From NCBI GenBank assembly GCA_963708295.1, contig CAVPSJ010000001.1, forward strand, positions 32,001 through 96,000: a stretch of DNA of 64,000 nucleotides, read 5' to 3'. The DNA is from an uncultured delta proteobacterium (GTDB taxonomy: Bacteria > Desulfobacterota > BSN033 > UBA1163). The position numbers were made by a program, and so were the translations under genes. Below the pieces are notes generated by a model. That model worked only from the letters and a program-made list of their open reading frames with translations, was not told the DNA's origin and made no database searches. Below, piece after piece: positions 29,672 to 40,558 of the stretch; the first letter of the stretch is position 1, and the number at the start of each line of letters is the position of its first letter.

Positions 29672-29878
29672 TTATTTTAGACCGCATATTATTTCTATTT
29701 TCAATCAAAAACAAATTAATTCAGGTAGTTATAAGGCTTATCTATCGTTTTGTATCCTAAATCGTATATTATAATTATACATTTAAGCCTTCGTGTCAAA
29801 TCATCTTATTTTTAAAAAAGTAAATAAATTCAAATGATTAGGTGAGGGTTAAGTCGAACTATCTTGCCGGTTTTCTTT

Positions 29879-29894
29879 TGGCATATCAAATGCA
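29879..29894 (+). promoter_or_regulatory. Sigma-54 promoter TGGCAT-N6-TGCA
   Basis: GG-N10-GC spacing; AT-rich IHF-like stretch and palindrome gtatattataattatac (~29764-29780) upstream; adjacent NtrC-family gene. Confidence 0.8.
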
Positions 29895-29932
29895 ATATCC
29901 ATAATGAAACCCAAAAGAAAGGGGGGTGCGAT

Positions 29933-30232
29933 ATGGTAAAGGGAAGAAAATCTTGGCTGGTTGGATTAATAAGCGGACTCGTTATCTTAATGGCCACGCC
30001 GGCATTTGCAAGATCTATTTCTTTCAAGGATGCAGGAGTTGCCCTTTGGGTTTTTGTCATCATAGGAACTGTAATCGTCCTTCTTCAACTGATTCCGGCA
30101 GCCATTCTTTTTTTCTCTTTTGTCGGAACTTCCTCGAATATGGTTTTCAAACGCAAGAAAGAAAGTGAGAAAGGGGCCGCCAGGGAGAATACGGTCCTCA
30201 CTGGAATTGAACCGGTACCTGTAAAGAAATAA
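29933..30232 (+). CDS. Small membrane protein (Q-L-I-P-A motif)
   Basis: Signal peptide plus TM ending LQLIPAAILFFSFVG. Confidence 0.7.
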   Translation: MVKGRKSWLVGLISGLVILMATPAFARSISFKDAGVALWVFVIIGTVIVLLQLIPAAILFFSFVGTSSNMVFKRKKESEKGAARENTVLTGIEPVPVKK

Positions 30233-30247
30233 GGGTTGGAGAAAACA

Positions 30248-30502
30248 ATGTCCGGGAAAACGAAGAAAATTATAGTGCTTTTGGCTTCCGTCCTGATCTT
30301 GGCGATTGCGCTGTTCACTTTGGGGATCAGTTATGCTGGAGGGGTCAGAGGAGTCGGCCTTATCGGAGTCTGTTTTTTCTTCACCGGGGGGGTCGTCGTG
30401 GTCCTCGCGCAATTGGTTCCCGCCGGCATCCTCATCTCCTCTTTCATTGGGAGGGCGTTTTCTTCTTTCCGAAGAGGAGAGATGCCTATTCGGGTGACAT
30501 AG
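30248..30502 (+). CDS. Small membrane protein, paralog of the upstream gene
   Basis: AQLVPAGILISSFIG. Confidence 0.65.
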   Translation: MSGKTKKIIVLLASVLILAIALFTLGISYAGGVRGVGLIGVCFFFTGGVVVVLAQLVPAGILISSFIGRAFSSFRRGEMPIRVT

Positions 30503-30621
30503 AATAGAAAGTAGATTCTAGTCCGAGGAGTTATTTCCTGGCTCGAAGCCGTAAGCCTCGTTTGGCCCATGGCGGATCGTTCGAGCAAGAAGAAGGAAAC
30601 CGAACGGAGAGGGAGTTTGAT

Positions 30622-31050
30622 ATGAAGTCGAAAACGATCCTCATTGTTTATCAAGATGAGCTTGAGACCAGATCGCTCTCTACGGTTTTTAACGGCATGG
30701 GGTATAAGGTGGAGACGGCGAAGATAGTCAGTGAGACGATTCGGAAGGTTCGAAAAGGCAATATTCATGTCGTTCTCCTCGACGACGAGATTGAAGGCGT
30801 GAAGGCTTGTGATCTCGTTCCGTTGTTCAAAAAGATGGACGATAAGATCCAGGTGATCGTCACCTCCTCAGAGGCCTCTCTCGGGCTGGCCAAGCGTCTT
30901 CGAGGGGCAGGGATCTTTTATCAAGCCATGAAACCGATTGACCTGGAAGAGATCAAGTCGGCCGTCGGGTGCGCTTGTGAAAAGATTGAGAGGGAGAGTT
31001 TGAAAGAAGGGTTCTTCCCTTTCCTCATTCCAGGGAGGGTTCCGGCATGA
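30622..31050 (+). CDS. Stand-alone response regulator receiver domain
   Basis: ILIV, VVLLDD, VIVTSS, MKP; atypical acidic pocket. Confidence 0.8.
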   Translation: MKSKTILIVYQDELETRSLSTVFNGMGYKVETAKIVSETIRKVRKGNIHVVLLDDEIEGVKACDLVPLFKKMDDKIQVIVTSSEASLGLAKRLRGAGIFYQAMKPIDLEEIKSAVGCACEKIERESLKEGFFPFLIPGRVPA

Positions 31051-32339
31051 AATGGAGAGAAGAGGGAAGCAAGTCTTGGAGATTTTTCCCAGCGGGCCTG
31101 CCCCTCTTACTGCCCGCCTTACTGATGTTGGGATTGATTTTGGGAGGGATGGCAAGGGTTGCCTGGAGCGACAATTCCCTCTGTCTCGGTTGTCACCGGG
31201 ACGAATCGCTCAAAAAGCAAGATGCTCGGGGTAAAAGCACTTCCCTCTTTGTGGCCGAGGCGGTTTTTAAGAATTCGGCCCATGGAAAACTCTCCTGTTC
31301 GGATTGCCATACCCGGGTTAAAGATGACAAACATGCCGAGGGCGGGCAGAAGGCGGCGGACAAAAGGGTGAACTGTGCAACCTGCCACGAGAAGGCTGAG
31401 AAGGAATATCTGCAGGGTCTTCATTCCAAGATGATCATGAAGGGGACGGAAAGAGCGGCCAATTGCTATGATTGCCACGGAAACCATAACGTTCTCCCGA
31501 GTAAGAACAACAAATCCATGACTCATGTTTCCAACATCGATCGGACGTGTAACCGATGCCATTCGGATGCGGTATTTGTCAAGCAGCATGCGTTGGGAGC
31601 CCCCATTCCGGGAGAGGAGTTTAAGAGAAGCGTCCACGGCAAGACAGGAGAGGTGACCTGCACCAATTGCCACGGGAGCCATAACTTGAGATCTCTGATT
31701 GATCCCAAATCCATGATCTTCCGATCGAATATTCCCCAAACCTGCGGTTCCTGTCATCCTGAAATCACGAAACAATTTGTGGAGAGCGTGCATGGCGTAC
31801 TCGCCGCCAGAGGGAGAACCGATTCTCCCACTTGCACGACTTGCCATGGCATCCACGGGATCAAGACAAAAATAGACCCGGATTCTCCCGTGAATGAGCG
31901 AAGAATCGCTCTTACAACCTGTCCTCAATGCCATGCGGCGGAACGGATTTCGAGAAAGTTCAACCTCACCACCAGTTCCGTAAAGTCATATTATGACACT
32001 TTCCACGGCCTTTCCTATCAGGGAGGAGATACTTTTTCCGCAAACTGCGCCAGTTGCCACGGAGTCCATGATATCCGGCCCTCTTCAGATCCCCAATCAA
32101 TGATTTACAAAGATAACTTACAAAAAACCTGCGGAAACTGTCATCCAGGAGCTTCCGAAAACTTTGCCAAAGGAAAGATGCATGCGATCGCATCGATCAG
32201 CGGAGAAGATTTCGGAGAGAAGGTTGTCGGATGGGTGAGGGTCGTTTACATCATTCTCATTGTCATGGTGATCGGAGGGCTGACCTTTTACAACTTCACC
32301 GACTGGCTGAGAAAGACGATTGATAGGGCGCAGCATTAA
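31047..32339 (+). CDS. Multiheme cytochrome c (11 CxxCH) with C-terminal TM
   Basis: Signal peptide; 11 CxxCH counted; CbcL/CbcA-like repeats such as SVHG..PTCTTCHG. Confidence 0.92.
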   Translation: MKWREEGSKSWRFFPAGLPLLLPALLMLGLILGGMARVAWSDNSLCLGCHRDESLKKQDARGKSTSLFVAEAVFKNSAHGKLSCSDCHTRVKDDKHAEGGQKAADKRVNCATCHEKAEKEYLQGLHSKMIMKGTERAANCYDCHGNHNVLPSKNNKSMTHVSNIDRTCNRCHSDAVFVKQHALGAPIPGEEFKRSVHGKTGEVTCTNCHGSHNLRSLIDPKSMIFRSNIPQTCGSCHPEITKQFVESVHGVLAARGRTDSPTCTTCHGIHGIKTKIDPDSPVNERRIALTTCPQCHAAERISRKFNLTTSSVKSYYDTFHGLSYQGGDTFSANCASCHGVHDIRPSSDPQSMIYKDNLQKTCGNCHPGASENFAKGKMHAIASISGEDFGEKVVGWVRVVYIILIVMVIGGLTFYNFTDWLRKTIDRAQH

Positions 32340-32358
32340 GAACAGGGAGCGGGTATCC

Positions 32359-33204
32359 ATGTCCAAGAAATACCTCAGAATGACGTTGAACGAGAGAATT
32401 CAACATCTCAACCTTGCCATCAATTTTACACTCCTGGTGATCACGGGTTTTGCTTTGAGCTTTCCAACCGCCTTCTGGGTCTCTCCGATTACCGACGTCC
32501 CTATGGGAATGACCTTTCGTGGGTTTCTCCATCGCCTCTGCGGCGTCGCCCTGTTTTTCTTGTCAGGCTATCATATTCTATACCTTGCCTTCACGGAGAG
32601 GGGGAGGGGAATCGTAAAGGATATGCTTCCGGGGTTAAAAGATGCTAAAGACCTCTGGGAAACGCTAAAGAACAACCTCTACATCAACCGGCCGGCCAAG
32701 CCGCTCAAAATGCCCCGTTTCAATTTCCGCGAAAAGCTGGAATACCTGGGTCTGATCTGGGGGACGATCGTGATGACGGTCACGGGTTTGATCCTCTGGT
32801 TTAAGACAGAATGGCTTCAGTCCTTTCCGATGTGGACCTGGGATGTGGCCCGGGCGATCCATTTTTATGAAGCGATTTTGGCCACCCTCACCATTATTGT
32901 TTGGCATTTTTATTCGGTCGTCTTTAATCCCGATATCTACCCGATGAGTTGGGCCTGGATCACAGGGGATCTCACCGAGCATGAAATGGAGGAGGAGCAC
33001 GGGATGGAGTTAGAGAAGATCAAGGCTCAACAGAAAGGGGAAATGCAAGAATTCGCCGAGGCAGCAGCAGTCGGGGGTGGAAGGGTTTATGCCGTTCGCC
33101 GGGAACCGGTAGCGCAGGAGGGAAGAAAAAGCCCGACCCCGCGCGGATTCTACAAGATCGTTAAGGGGTTTAACGAAACCATTAAGAATTGGAAGGGAAC
33201 ATAA
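32359..33204 (+). CDS. Di-heme cytochrome b subunit (FdnI/CbcB-like)
   Basis: ERIQH..ITGF, LHRLCG, EKLEY, IHFYEA..WHFY. Confidence 0.88.
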   Translation: MSKKYLRMTLNERIQHLNLAINFTLLVITGFALSFPTAFWVSPITDVPMGMTFRGFLHRLCGVALFFLSGYHILYLAFTERGRGIVKDMLPGLKDAKDLWETLKNNLYINRPAKPLKMPRFNFREKLEYLGLIWGTIVMTVTGLILWFKTEWLQSFPMWTWDVARAIHFYEAILATLTIIVWHFYSVVFNPDIYPMSWAWITGDLTEHEMEEEHGMELEKIKAQQKGEMQEFAEAAAVGGGRVYAVRREPVAQEGRKSPTPRGFYKIVKGFNETIKNWKGT

Positions 33205-33221
33205 AAAGGGGGTGATGGGTT

Positions 33222-33389
33222 ATGTCCGATGGCTTTAAAGAACGATATGGCCCGTATCCGAAAAAGAAAGAAAGAAAACATGCTCGAGTTAAGGAGGAAC
33301 GATTTTTGAAGAAAACCTATGACTGGCTAAAGTGGAAAAGAGCGGACAGTGGAGGGGTCTCCTTTCACCGTCCGTGTTTAGACCATTAA
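33222..33389 (+). CDS. Small basic hypothetical protein (55 aa)
   Basis: G-rich RBS; lies between cytochrome b and the terminator. Confidence 0.35.
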   Translation: MSDGFKERYGPYPKKKERKHARVKEERFLKKTYDWLKWKRADSGGVSFHRPCLDH

Positions 33390-33434
33390 TCCCAACGATT
33401 TCATTTTTAGCATGTTCGTCTTTTGAGTTTTTGT

Positions 33435-33510
33435 AGCCCTATATATCCTCTGACTCCCACCATCCAAACCCCACCCAAACGGAGAGGATATATAGGGCTC
33501 TTTTTGTTTT
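33435..33510 (+). terminator. 17-bp stem terminator with 31-nt C-rich loop
   Basis: agccctatatatcctct / agaggatatatagggct followed by a T tract. Confidence 0.7.
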
Positions 33511-33684
33511 CATCCTTTCTTCATGACCCCGACTTACTCTCTTCTTGTGGAGATGCTGAGAAGGTGTTAATATTCTAACGGTTTAAAGCAGAAAGATGTC
33601 ATGACGAATGCTTGATCAGGGGTTTTGTTCCTTACCCGAAACGGAACCTCCCTGGCGCTGTCGGCTGAAAACAGGGATACCGAG

Positions 33685-35088
33685 ATGTTGATCAGAAGAT
33701 CTCAAAGAAGCATTCGATTTTATGTAGCCCCGTTTCTTATTTCTTTCATCCTCCTTGCGGTCTTCGTACGAGATGCCCACGCCCTGACAGCCGAGGAAGA
33801 GAAGAAAATGGGCAGAAAGGTCCTTCTCGAGATTCAGCAAGAAGCCGATTTCATGAGGGACCTGACGATTCAAACGTTTATCGAAAAGTTGGGTTATTCG
33901 ATCGTAGACCAGGTAGGTCCAACCCCCTTCGAGTTCAAGTTTTACGTGGTCGATGCCTTAGATCCCAATGCCTTTGCCATTCCGGGCGGGTATATTTTCG
34001 TCACCACAGGACTCCTTGTTCTGGCGGAGAACGAACAGGAGGTCGCCGGAGTCCTGAGTCATGAAATCGCCCATGTCACTCAGAGGCATATCGCCCAGAT
34101 GATTGAGAAATCGAAACGGCTCAACATCGCCTCGCTGGCGGCGATCATCGCGGCGATGCTCGCGGGTAGAGGTGGAGCAGGATCTCAAGCAGGCGTAGCG
34201 ATGGCGGCGGCCACAGCGGGGGCTCTTCAATTGAAATATACTCGAGAAATGGAGACCGATGCGGATCAAAATGGCCTGAACTATTTGATCAAAGCGGGCT
34301 ACGATCCCAACGGATTGATTAGCTTTCTCAACAGAATCCAGAGGGTCAGTTTGGCTATCGCACCCAGCGTCCCTAGCTATCTTCTCACCCATCCAGCCAC
34401 GGAAAGCCGAATTTCCCTCATGGAAAACCTTCTCCAGATAGGGCCGAAGCCTGCCGGGCCCTTCAAAACCGTTCCGAATTTCAGGAAGATCCGTGCAATG
34501 GCTTTTGTGGAGGAGAGAGAACCTCCGGTGGCCATCACCCATTTTCAGTCTTTGATCGATGCCAACTCTGACTCTTGGGAAGGATACTATGGTCTAGGCC
34601 TAGCCTATCGGAAAATGGGAAGATTCGACAAGTCGACGGAAGCTCTCCAACGCGCGCACTCGATCGCCCCTCAGGATCTTGACACCTCCAGAGAACTGGG
34701 CATAACATATTTTTTTGGGGGAAAGACGGATCAGGCCATTGAAAGCCTCGAGGCCATAAGGGGTCGAAACGGTGACTTGATGATTCTCTATTACCTTGGA
34801 AGAGGGTATCAGGAAAAAGGGAATTTTGCTCAGGCTCTTCCGCTCTTCTTGAAAGTTCAGAAGGAAAAGCCCGAATTCACTGATATCTATTATCATCTTG
34901 GGTCTGTTTACGGGAGAACAGGACAGAAGGGACTTTCCCATTTCTATTTTGGAAAACATTTCAAATTTAAGCGGGAGAAAAACAACGCTCTCCTTCATTT
35001 TAGAACAGCCATCGACGGGTTGGAGAGGGGGAGTCTGGAGAGAGAAGAAGCCCAGCGAGAGATCAAAGAGCTTACGTCTCCTCAATGA
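33685..35088 (+). CDS. M48 metalloprotease with TPR repeats (BepA-like)
   Basis: NAFAIPGG, HEIAH, E-ADQ-G, LLTHP; TPRs. Confidence 0.9.
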   Translation: MLIRRSQRSIRFYVAPFLISFILLAVFVRDAHALTAEEEKKMGRKVLLEIQQEADFMRDLTIQTFIEKLGYSIVDQVGPTPFEFKFYVVDALDPNAFAIPGGYIFVTTGLLVLAENEQEVAGVLSHEIAHVTQRHIAQMIEKSKRLNIASLAAIIAAMLAGRGGAGSQAGVAMAAATAGALQLKYTREMETDADQNGLNYLIKAGYDPNGLISFLNRIQRVSLAIAPSVPSYLLTHPATESRISLMENLLQIGPKPAGPFKTVPNFRKIRAMAFVEEREPPVAITHFQSLIDANSDSWEGYYGLGLAYRKMGRFDKSTEALQRAHSIAPQDLDTSRELGITYFFGGKTDQAIESLEAIRGRNGDLMILYYLGRGYQEKGNFAQALPLFLKVQKEKPEFTDIYYHLGSVYGRTGQKGLSHFYFGKHFKFKREKNNALLHFRTAIDGLERGSLEREEAQREIKELTSPQ

Positions 35089-35212
35089 GTTTCGTGGAGT
35101 GATCTTTCTGCATTCTCCTCGATTCATGAGATAAAGATCGGGGGTTTTCCAGGGGGGCCACGGGAAAAAGGGTCGGACGAACAGAGAGGCGAAAAAATCA
35201 AGAGAAGAAACG

Positions 35213-37870
35213 ATGAACCTTAACCAAGAGCTTTCGATCCTCAATGCGATCAGCCAGACCGTCAATCAATCCGTCGACCTGGATGAGATTCTGAATAAGA
35301 GTGTAGATAAAATGATGGACATGATTAGCGTTCACCAGGTCCGCATCTACCTCTTAGACGAGAAAAGCAACGATTTGGTGCTGGTCGTGCATCGCGGGTT
35401 TTCCAAGAAGTTTCTGGAGACGATAAAGCGCAGGAAGCTAGGGGTGGGTGTCACCGGAAAGGTTGCTCTTTCCGGTCAATCGATCTTTATGGAGGACTAC
35501 CCCAGTCATCCGGAGGCCCTTGCCCCGGCGATTAAAGAAGGGCTCAAATCCGTGGCCGTCATTCCTCTCAAATCGAGAGACAAGATCTACGGGACGTTGA
35601 ACATTGCGAGAAAAGAAGTGTCGGAGATCGCATCATTTGAAAAGAACCTCTTCGATTCGATCGGGCAGATTATCAGCGGCGCCATGGAGAGGACTTTTCT
35701 CTATACGGAGAATGTCAAACGTCTGGAAGAATTGAGGACTCTCTATTCGATCAGCCAAGAGATTGCCTCGAAGCTGGAATTAAGAGTGATCCTTCAGAAG
35801 ATCATGGAGAGCGCGGTCGCGCTGTTGGGTGCGGATTCGGGGAGCATCGCCTTGTGGGACAATCAAAAGCAGAGTTATGGAGTTGCGTTTGTCCATCGAT
35901 TACCTGACTCATTAATCGGAAAAGAATTTTCCACGCCCTGGCCCGGCGTGATTGGGGAAGTGATTGTCAGGAAATCCCCCGTCCTTTGGAAGGACTATGA
36001 GCACCATCTCAACCGAGTAGAGGAATTGGATTCCTATCATATCAAGGAGGTGGTGGGTGTCCCGTTGATCGTCAGAGAAATGATTATCGGCACGATGGTC
36101 ATCGGCTCCTCAGATCCGGAAGTGCATTTCCAGCAAAAAGAGGTTGACCTTCTCTACAACTTTGCCCACCACGCGGCCGTTGCCATCGGGAATGCCAAAC
36201 TCTACGAGGATTCTTTGGCGAAGATTCGACAATTGACTACCCTCTACGAGATTGGAAAGACCCTTTCCTCGACCTTGGACCTTGACGATCTGTTCAAAAA
36301 AGCGCTCGAGCTCCTGAAAGATCGTTTTGGTTACGCCGCCTGCAGCATTCTCCTTCTGGATAGACCCAAGGATGAACTCTCTGTCAAACAGGTTACCGGC
36401 AGGAGCCTTGAGGAGGCCAAGAAATTGAGATTCAGAGTTGGAATCGATGGAATCGTCGGGTGGGTGGCCAGAGCCGGAGAACTGGTTTATGCTCCCGATG
36501 TCTCGAAGGACTCCCGATATATTTCCGCGGATCCTTCCATCAAATCGGAGGCCGCGTTTCCTCTCAAGGTGAGAGACCAGTTATTCGGAGTCTTAAACAT
36601 CGAGAGTCATGAACTCTACGGATTTGATGAAGAAGACTTGAAGACCCTTTCCTCCTTTGCAAGCCAAATGAGTATTTCCATCGAGAATGCGCAGCTCTTT
36701 TCCGATCTAAAACAAACGCTGCAAGAATTGAGACAGGCACAGGACCAGGTTGTCCAGGCTGAGAAACTGAGGGCCATGGGGGAATTGGCCAGTGGAGTCG
36801 CTCACGACTTCAATAACGTCCTGGCGGTCGTCCTGGGAAACACCCAACTCCTCCTCCATCAACTGGATCGCCTTGGTTCTGAAGAAATTCGCCAAGGCTT
36901 AAAGGTCATCGAACGCTCCTCCATGGATGGGGCGGAGACCATCCGAAGAATACAGGAGTTTACGGGGGTCAGAAGAGATAGGGAATTCATTTCCCTCTCC
37001 CTGAACGATATCGTGACAGAGGTGGTGAACGTCACTCAACCTCGCTGGAGGGACCAGACACAAAAGAAAGGAATACAGATCGAATTGACGCCCCGGCTCG
37101 GACAGATTCCTTTGATCATGGGGAATCCTTCCGAGATGAGGGAAGTGCTGACCAATATTATTTTTAACGCGGTGGACGCGATGCCCAAAGGAGGCAAACT
37201 GACGATCGCCACACAACCCCAGGCTGAGGATTGGGTGGAAGTGAGGATTGAGGATACAGGCATCGGGATGACGGAGGAGGTGAAGAAAAGGGTTTTTGAC
37301 CCATTTTTCACCACAAAGGGTGTGACGAATTCCGGGCTGGGAATGAGCGTTTCCTATGGAATCATCAAACGTCACGGAGGGGAAATCTTGATCGAAAGCG
37401 AACCAGGCAAAGGAACGACATTTATCCTTCATCTGCCTACGGGATACGGGGAGCAGCAAGCCCTTGTCAAAGAAGCCGCCCTTTCCAAGGAGTGGCGGCG
37501 GGCACGGATTTTGGTAATCGACGATGAGGATTCCGTTCGAGATATTCTCTCCCGGATGCTAAAGACCAAGGGCCATAAGGTGGTGGCGGCCTCCAACGGC
37601 GAAGATGGGATCGAGCGATTCAAGGCTGAACCCTTCGATCTGGTCTTCACCGATCTCGGAATGCCAAAATTGTCGGGATGGGATGTGGGAAAAACCATCA
37701 AGGGGATCAATCCGAAAACCCCCGTTGCCATGATCACGGGATGGGGAGTGGAATTGGATAGAGAGAAGTTGAACGAAAGTGGAATCGATCTCGTCATCTC
37801 AAAACCTTTCAATTTCGATCAAGTGATCGATCTGGTCTCCGAAGCCATGGAGCTGAAGGGAAAGATCTGA
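35213..37870 (+). CDS. Cytoplasmic hybrid histidine kinase (3 GAF, HisKA, HATPase, REC)
   Basis: AHDFNN, NAVDAM, DTGIGM, FFTTK, TDLGMP. Confidence 0.93.
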   Translation: MNLNQELSILNAISQTVNQSVDLDEILNKSVDKMMDMISVHQVRIYLLDEKSNDLVLVVHRGFSKKFLETIKRRKLGVGVTGKVALSGQSIFMEDYPSHPEALAPAIKEGLKSVAVIPLKSRDKIYGTLNIARKEVSEIASFEKNLFDSIGQIISGAMERTFLYTENVKRLEELRTLYSISQEIASKLELRVILQKIMESAVALLGADSGSIALWDNQKQSYGVAFVHRLPDSLIGKEFSTPWPGVIGEVIVRKSPVLWKDYEHHLNRVEELDSYHIKEVVGVPLIVREMIIGTMVIGSSDPEVHFQQKEVDLLYNFAHHAAVAIGNAKLYEDSLAKIRQLTTLYEIGKTLSSTLDLDDLFKKALELLKDRFGYAACSILLLDRPKDELSVKQVTGRSLEEAKKLRFRVGIDGIVGWVARAGELVYAPDVSKDSRYISADPSIKSEAAFPLKVRDQLFGVLNIESHELYGFDEEDLKTLSSFASQMSISIENAQLFSDLKQTLQELRQAQDQVVQAEKLRAMGELASGVAHDFNNVLAVVLGNTQLLLHQLDRLGSEEIRQGLKVIERSSMDGAETIRRIQEFTGVRRDREFISLSLNDIVTEVVNVTQPRWRDQTQKKGIQIELTPRLGQIPLIMGNPSEMREVLTNIIFNAVDAMPKGGKLTIATQPQAEDWVEVRIEDTGIGMTEEVKKRVFDPFFTTKGVTNSGLGMSVSYGIIKRHGGEILIESEPGKGTTFILHLPTGYGEQQALVKEAALSKEWRRARILVIDDEDSVRDILSRMLKTKGHKVVAASNGEDGIERFKAEPFDLVFTDLGMPKLSGWDVGKTIKGINPKTPVAMITGWGVELDREKLNESGIDLVISKPFNFDQVIDLVSEAMELKGKI

Positions 37871-38268
37871 TGGTCCGGGCGATCGATCTTAACACCTTGG
37901 CGAATTCGGCCCGGCAGGATGCGACGGCATCCACCACGCAGGCAACGATGCCTGCTCCGTGGTCGATGATCCTGCGCACCATGTTTCCCAAGAGGGCATG
38001 GGCCGTGCGGTGAAGACCGCAACGAGCCATCACGAGTGTCAGGTCCTCACCCGCTTTGTCCTCCGCCGGATGCATTCTGGTGTGCTCTTGATCGATTCTG
38101 AAGCTGACCTGGTCTCAATCTGGTGAGAAGTGGTCCCGACATCGACTTATCCATCTCCGAAACGCATTCCCGACGGGACCCCGTCCTTTAGGATCTTCCA
38201 TTTGACCGGAGCGTGCCCGCGGGGCGAAGGGGTACCCGATGAATGGTAACACTTTGCCGGGAGACCGT

Positions 38269-40537
38269 TTACTTTTTCATCAATCGATAGGTGAATCCCA
38301 CTGAAATCAGCAAGGGGACCACGCCGAACAAAATGAAAATCGCATCGGCTGGCAGACGAATCCATTCAATCAGGGTCGTGATCCGATCGTCCAAAAACTC
38401 AGGACCTCTTGCATGCCAGTATCCGTTCTTTAACACATCAAGAAACTGAAGCACTCCCCCGGGGAAAAGATTTAGAACGACCATTCCTGCCAGACCTATA
38501 TTCAATCCCCAGAAGGAGACCCGGATATATTTCTCCACTTGCCCCCATCCTTCCTCCGTCAATACCTGTCGGATGGCGAATACCATAAACGCGACGGAAA
38601 ACATTCCGAACACGCCCATCATGGCAGCATGGCCGTGATTTGGGGTGAGGAGGGTGCCTACTTCGAAGTAGCTGACGATGGGCAGGTTAATGAGAAATCC
38701 AAATATTCCCGCACCGACAAAGTTCCAGAATCCGACAGCCATCATGAAATAAAATGTCCACTTGTGAGGAATAGAGATTTCCTTGCCGCAAATATCACAT
38801 TTTCCTTTGGACAATTTAACAAAATCCCAGGCGTCCAGTGTCAGAAGCGTCAGCGGGACAACCTCCAAGGCAGAAAACATTGCGGCAAACGCCATGGTGA
38901 CATTCGACTGTCCAGTCCAATACCAGTGGTGCGCCGTACCGATAATGCCTCCCCCGAGGAAGAGAATGGCATCTAGGTAGATGACCCGAGTAGCGGTTCG
39001 GCGAGTGACCATTCCCAGTTTGTAGAAGAGGACGGCCACCATCGTGGTGACGAAGAGTTCAAAGAACCCTTCGACCCACAGGTGGATAATCCAAAACCGC
39101 CAGTTGTCCGCCACGGTATAGTGGGTTCTACCGGTGAAAAACAAGGCAGGAAGATAGAAGAGGGGAATGGCGAGCGCGGCCAGCAGGAAAAGGGTGGAGA
39201 TCTCGCGTTCTTCCGGATTTTTTCTGGCGGGGCGACTCGCTCTGAATATCAGCGCGAGCCAGAGGATCAGGCCGACCGCGAGCAAAATCTGCCAGGCGCG
39301 GCCCAGGTCCAGGTATTCCCATCCCTGGTGTCCAAACCAGAACCAAAGTTTTCCCAGAAGTTGATAGACACCGAACATCTCGCCCAACAGACTGCCAAAG
39401 ACAACAACGACCAGCGCGACAAAGAGAACGTTGATCCACCGGGTCTGACCTTTGGGATCTCCTCCGCCCAATATGGCGGCGAGAAATAGACCTCCTGCAA
39501 TATAGCCCGTAGCTATCCAAAAGATGGCTAATTGCAGATGCCAGGTGCGGAAGATGTTTCCAGGAAAGAAGGAAGATAAATCGATGCCATAGAAACTCCC
39601 TGGTTCTGCACGATAGTGGGCGGTTGCCCCCCCGACAAGGGTCTGGGCCAAGAACAACAGGGCAACGACGGCAAAATACTTTATCGTTGCCTTTTGGCTT
39701 TCGAGAACCGTCCCGGGGGACATTTGAGGATGGATATGTTCGCCTGCGCCTTTCCAGCCGAGAAAATTGAATTTGCCGAAGGAGAAGAGAACGACGGCTG
39801 TGCCAGCGAGAAGAGTGATCAGGCTCAAGGCGCTCCAGAGAATCGCGTCACTGCTTGGCGTATTTCCGACCGTGGGATCATAAGGGAAATTATTTGTGTA
39901 AGAGAATGTTCGGCCGGGGCGATTCGCCGCGGAAGCCCAGGCCGTCCAGGCAAAGAAAGCGGTCAATTGCTCGACCTCTTTTGGATCCTTGATATGCTTG
40001 ACCAGCAAGCCTCGGTTTAATGCAGGCCGAGACAGGTAGTCCGTCCACTTTCCCACTTGACTTCGATAAGACGATAACTTCAGGAGGTGTGAAGATCAAC
40101 GTGTGAGTCTGCGGATTGTACCGATTCTGTTTCAACAGTTGCCGGACTTCACCCTCGATGGCAGCCTGCTCGGCCGGCGAGAGGTTTGCCCACTGGCGCT
40201 GGTAATACTGTTTTGCAAGGTGGTTCCTTGCATCGACGGCAAGCGTGTGGAGATAGTCAGCGGAAAAATCAGGTCCGAGATAAGCTCCGTGTCCCCAAAT
40301 TGTCCCATTCTCCATCAAACCATATTTCAGGAAGACTTCTTGGCCAGACAGAATTTCCTCCCGGGTAAAGAGGGTCTCGCCTGACGGACTCACCACCTTT
40401 TCCGGGATGGGAGGGGCATCGTGGTGGGCCCGGACGGCCATCCAGATTAAAACGGCAAATCCTATGACCAGGACGATGATGACAGACCTTCTCCACCAAG
40501 GAGAGAGTTTTTCGGAAGGACTATTTTTATCTACCAT
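38269..40537 (-). CDS. norZ: Quinol-dependent nitric oxide reductase (qNor), one +1 frameshift near 40075
   Basis: WGHGAY..PD, HLQLAIFWI, HLWVEGFFELF, GTAHHWY, NHGHAA. Confidence 0.92.
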
Positions 40538-40558
40538 TGTGTTCTCCTTTGTCGGCAT

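Noticed and set aside
31119-31934. 271-aa antisense ORF (and similar long antisense ORFs such as 61777..62484)
   Set aside because: Shadow frames of well-supported genes on the opposite strand
37809-38268. Short ORFs between the hybrid kinase and qNor
   Set aside because: No recognisable motif or RBS; may be a gene remnant but cannot be supported
38269-40537. NO dismutase (Nod) instead of qNor
   Set aside because: Canonical HLWVEGFFE and HH ligands are intact
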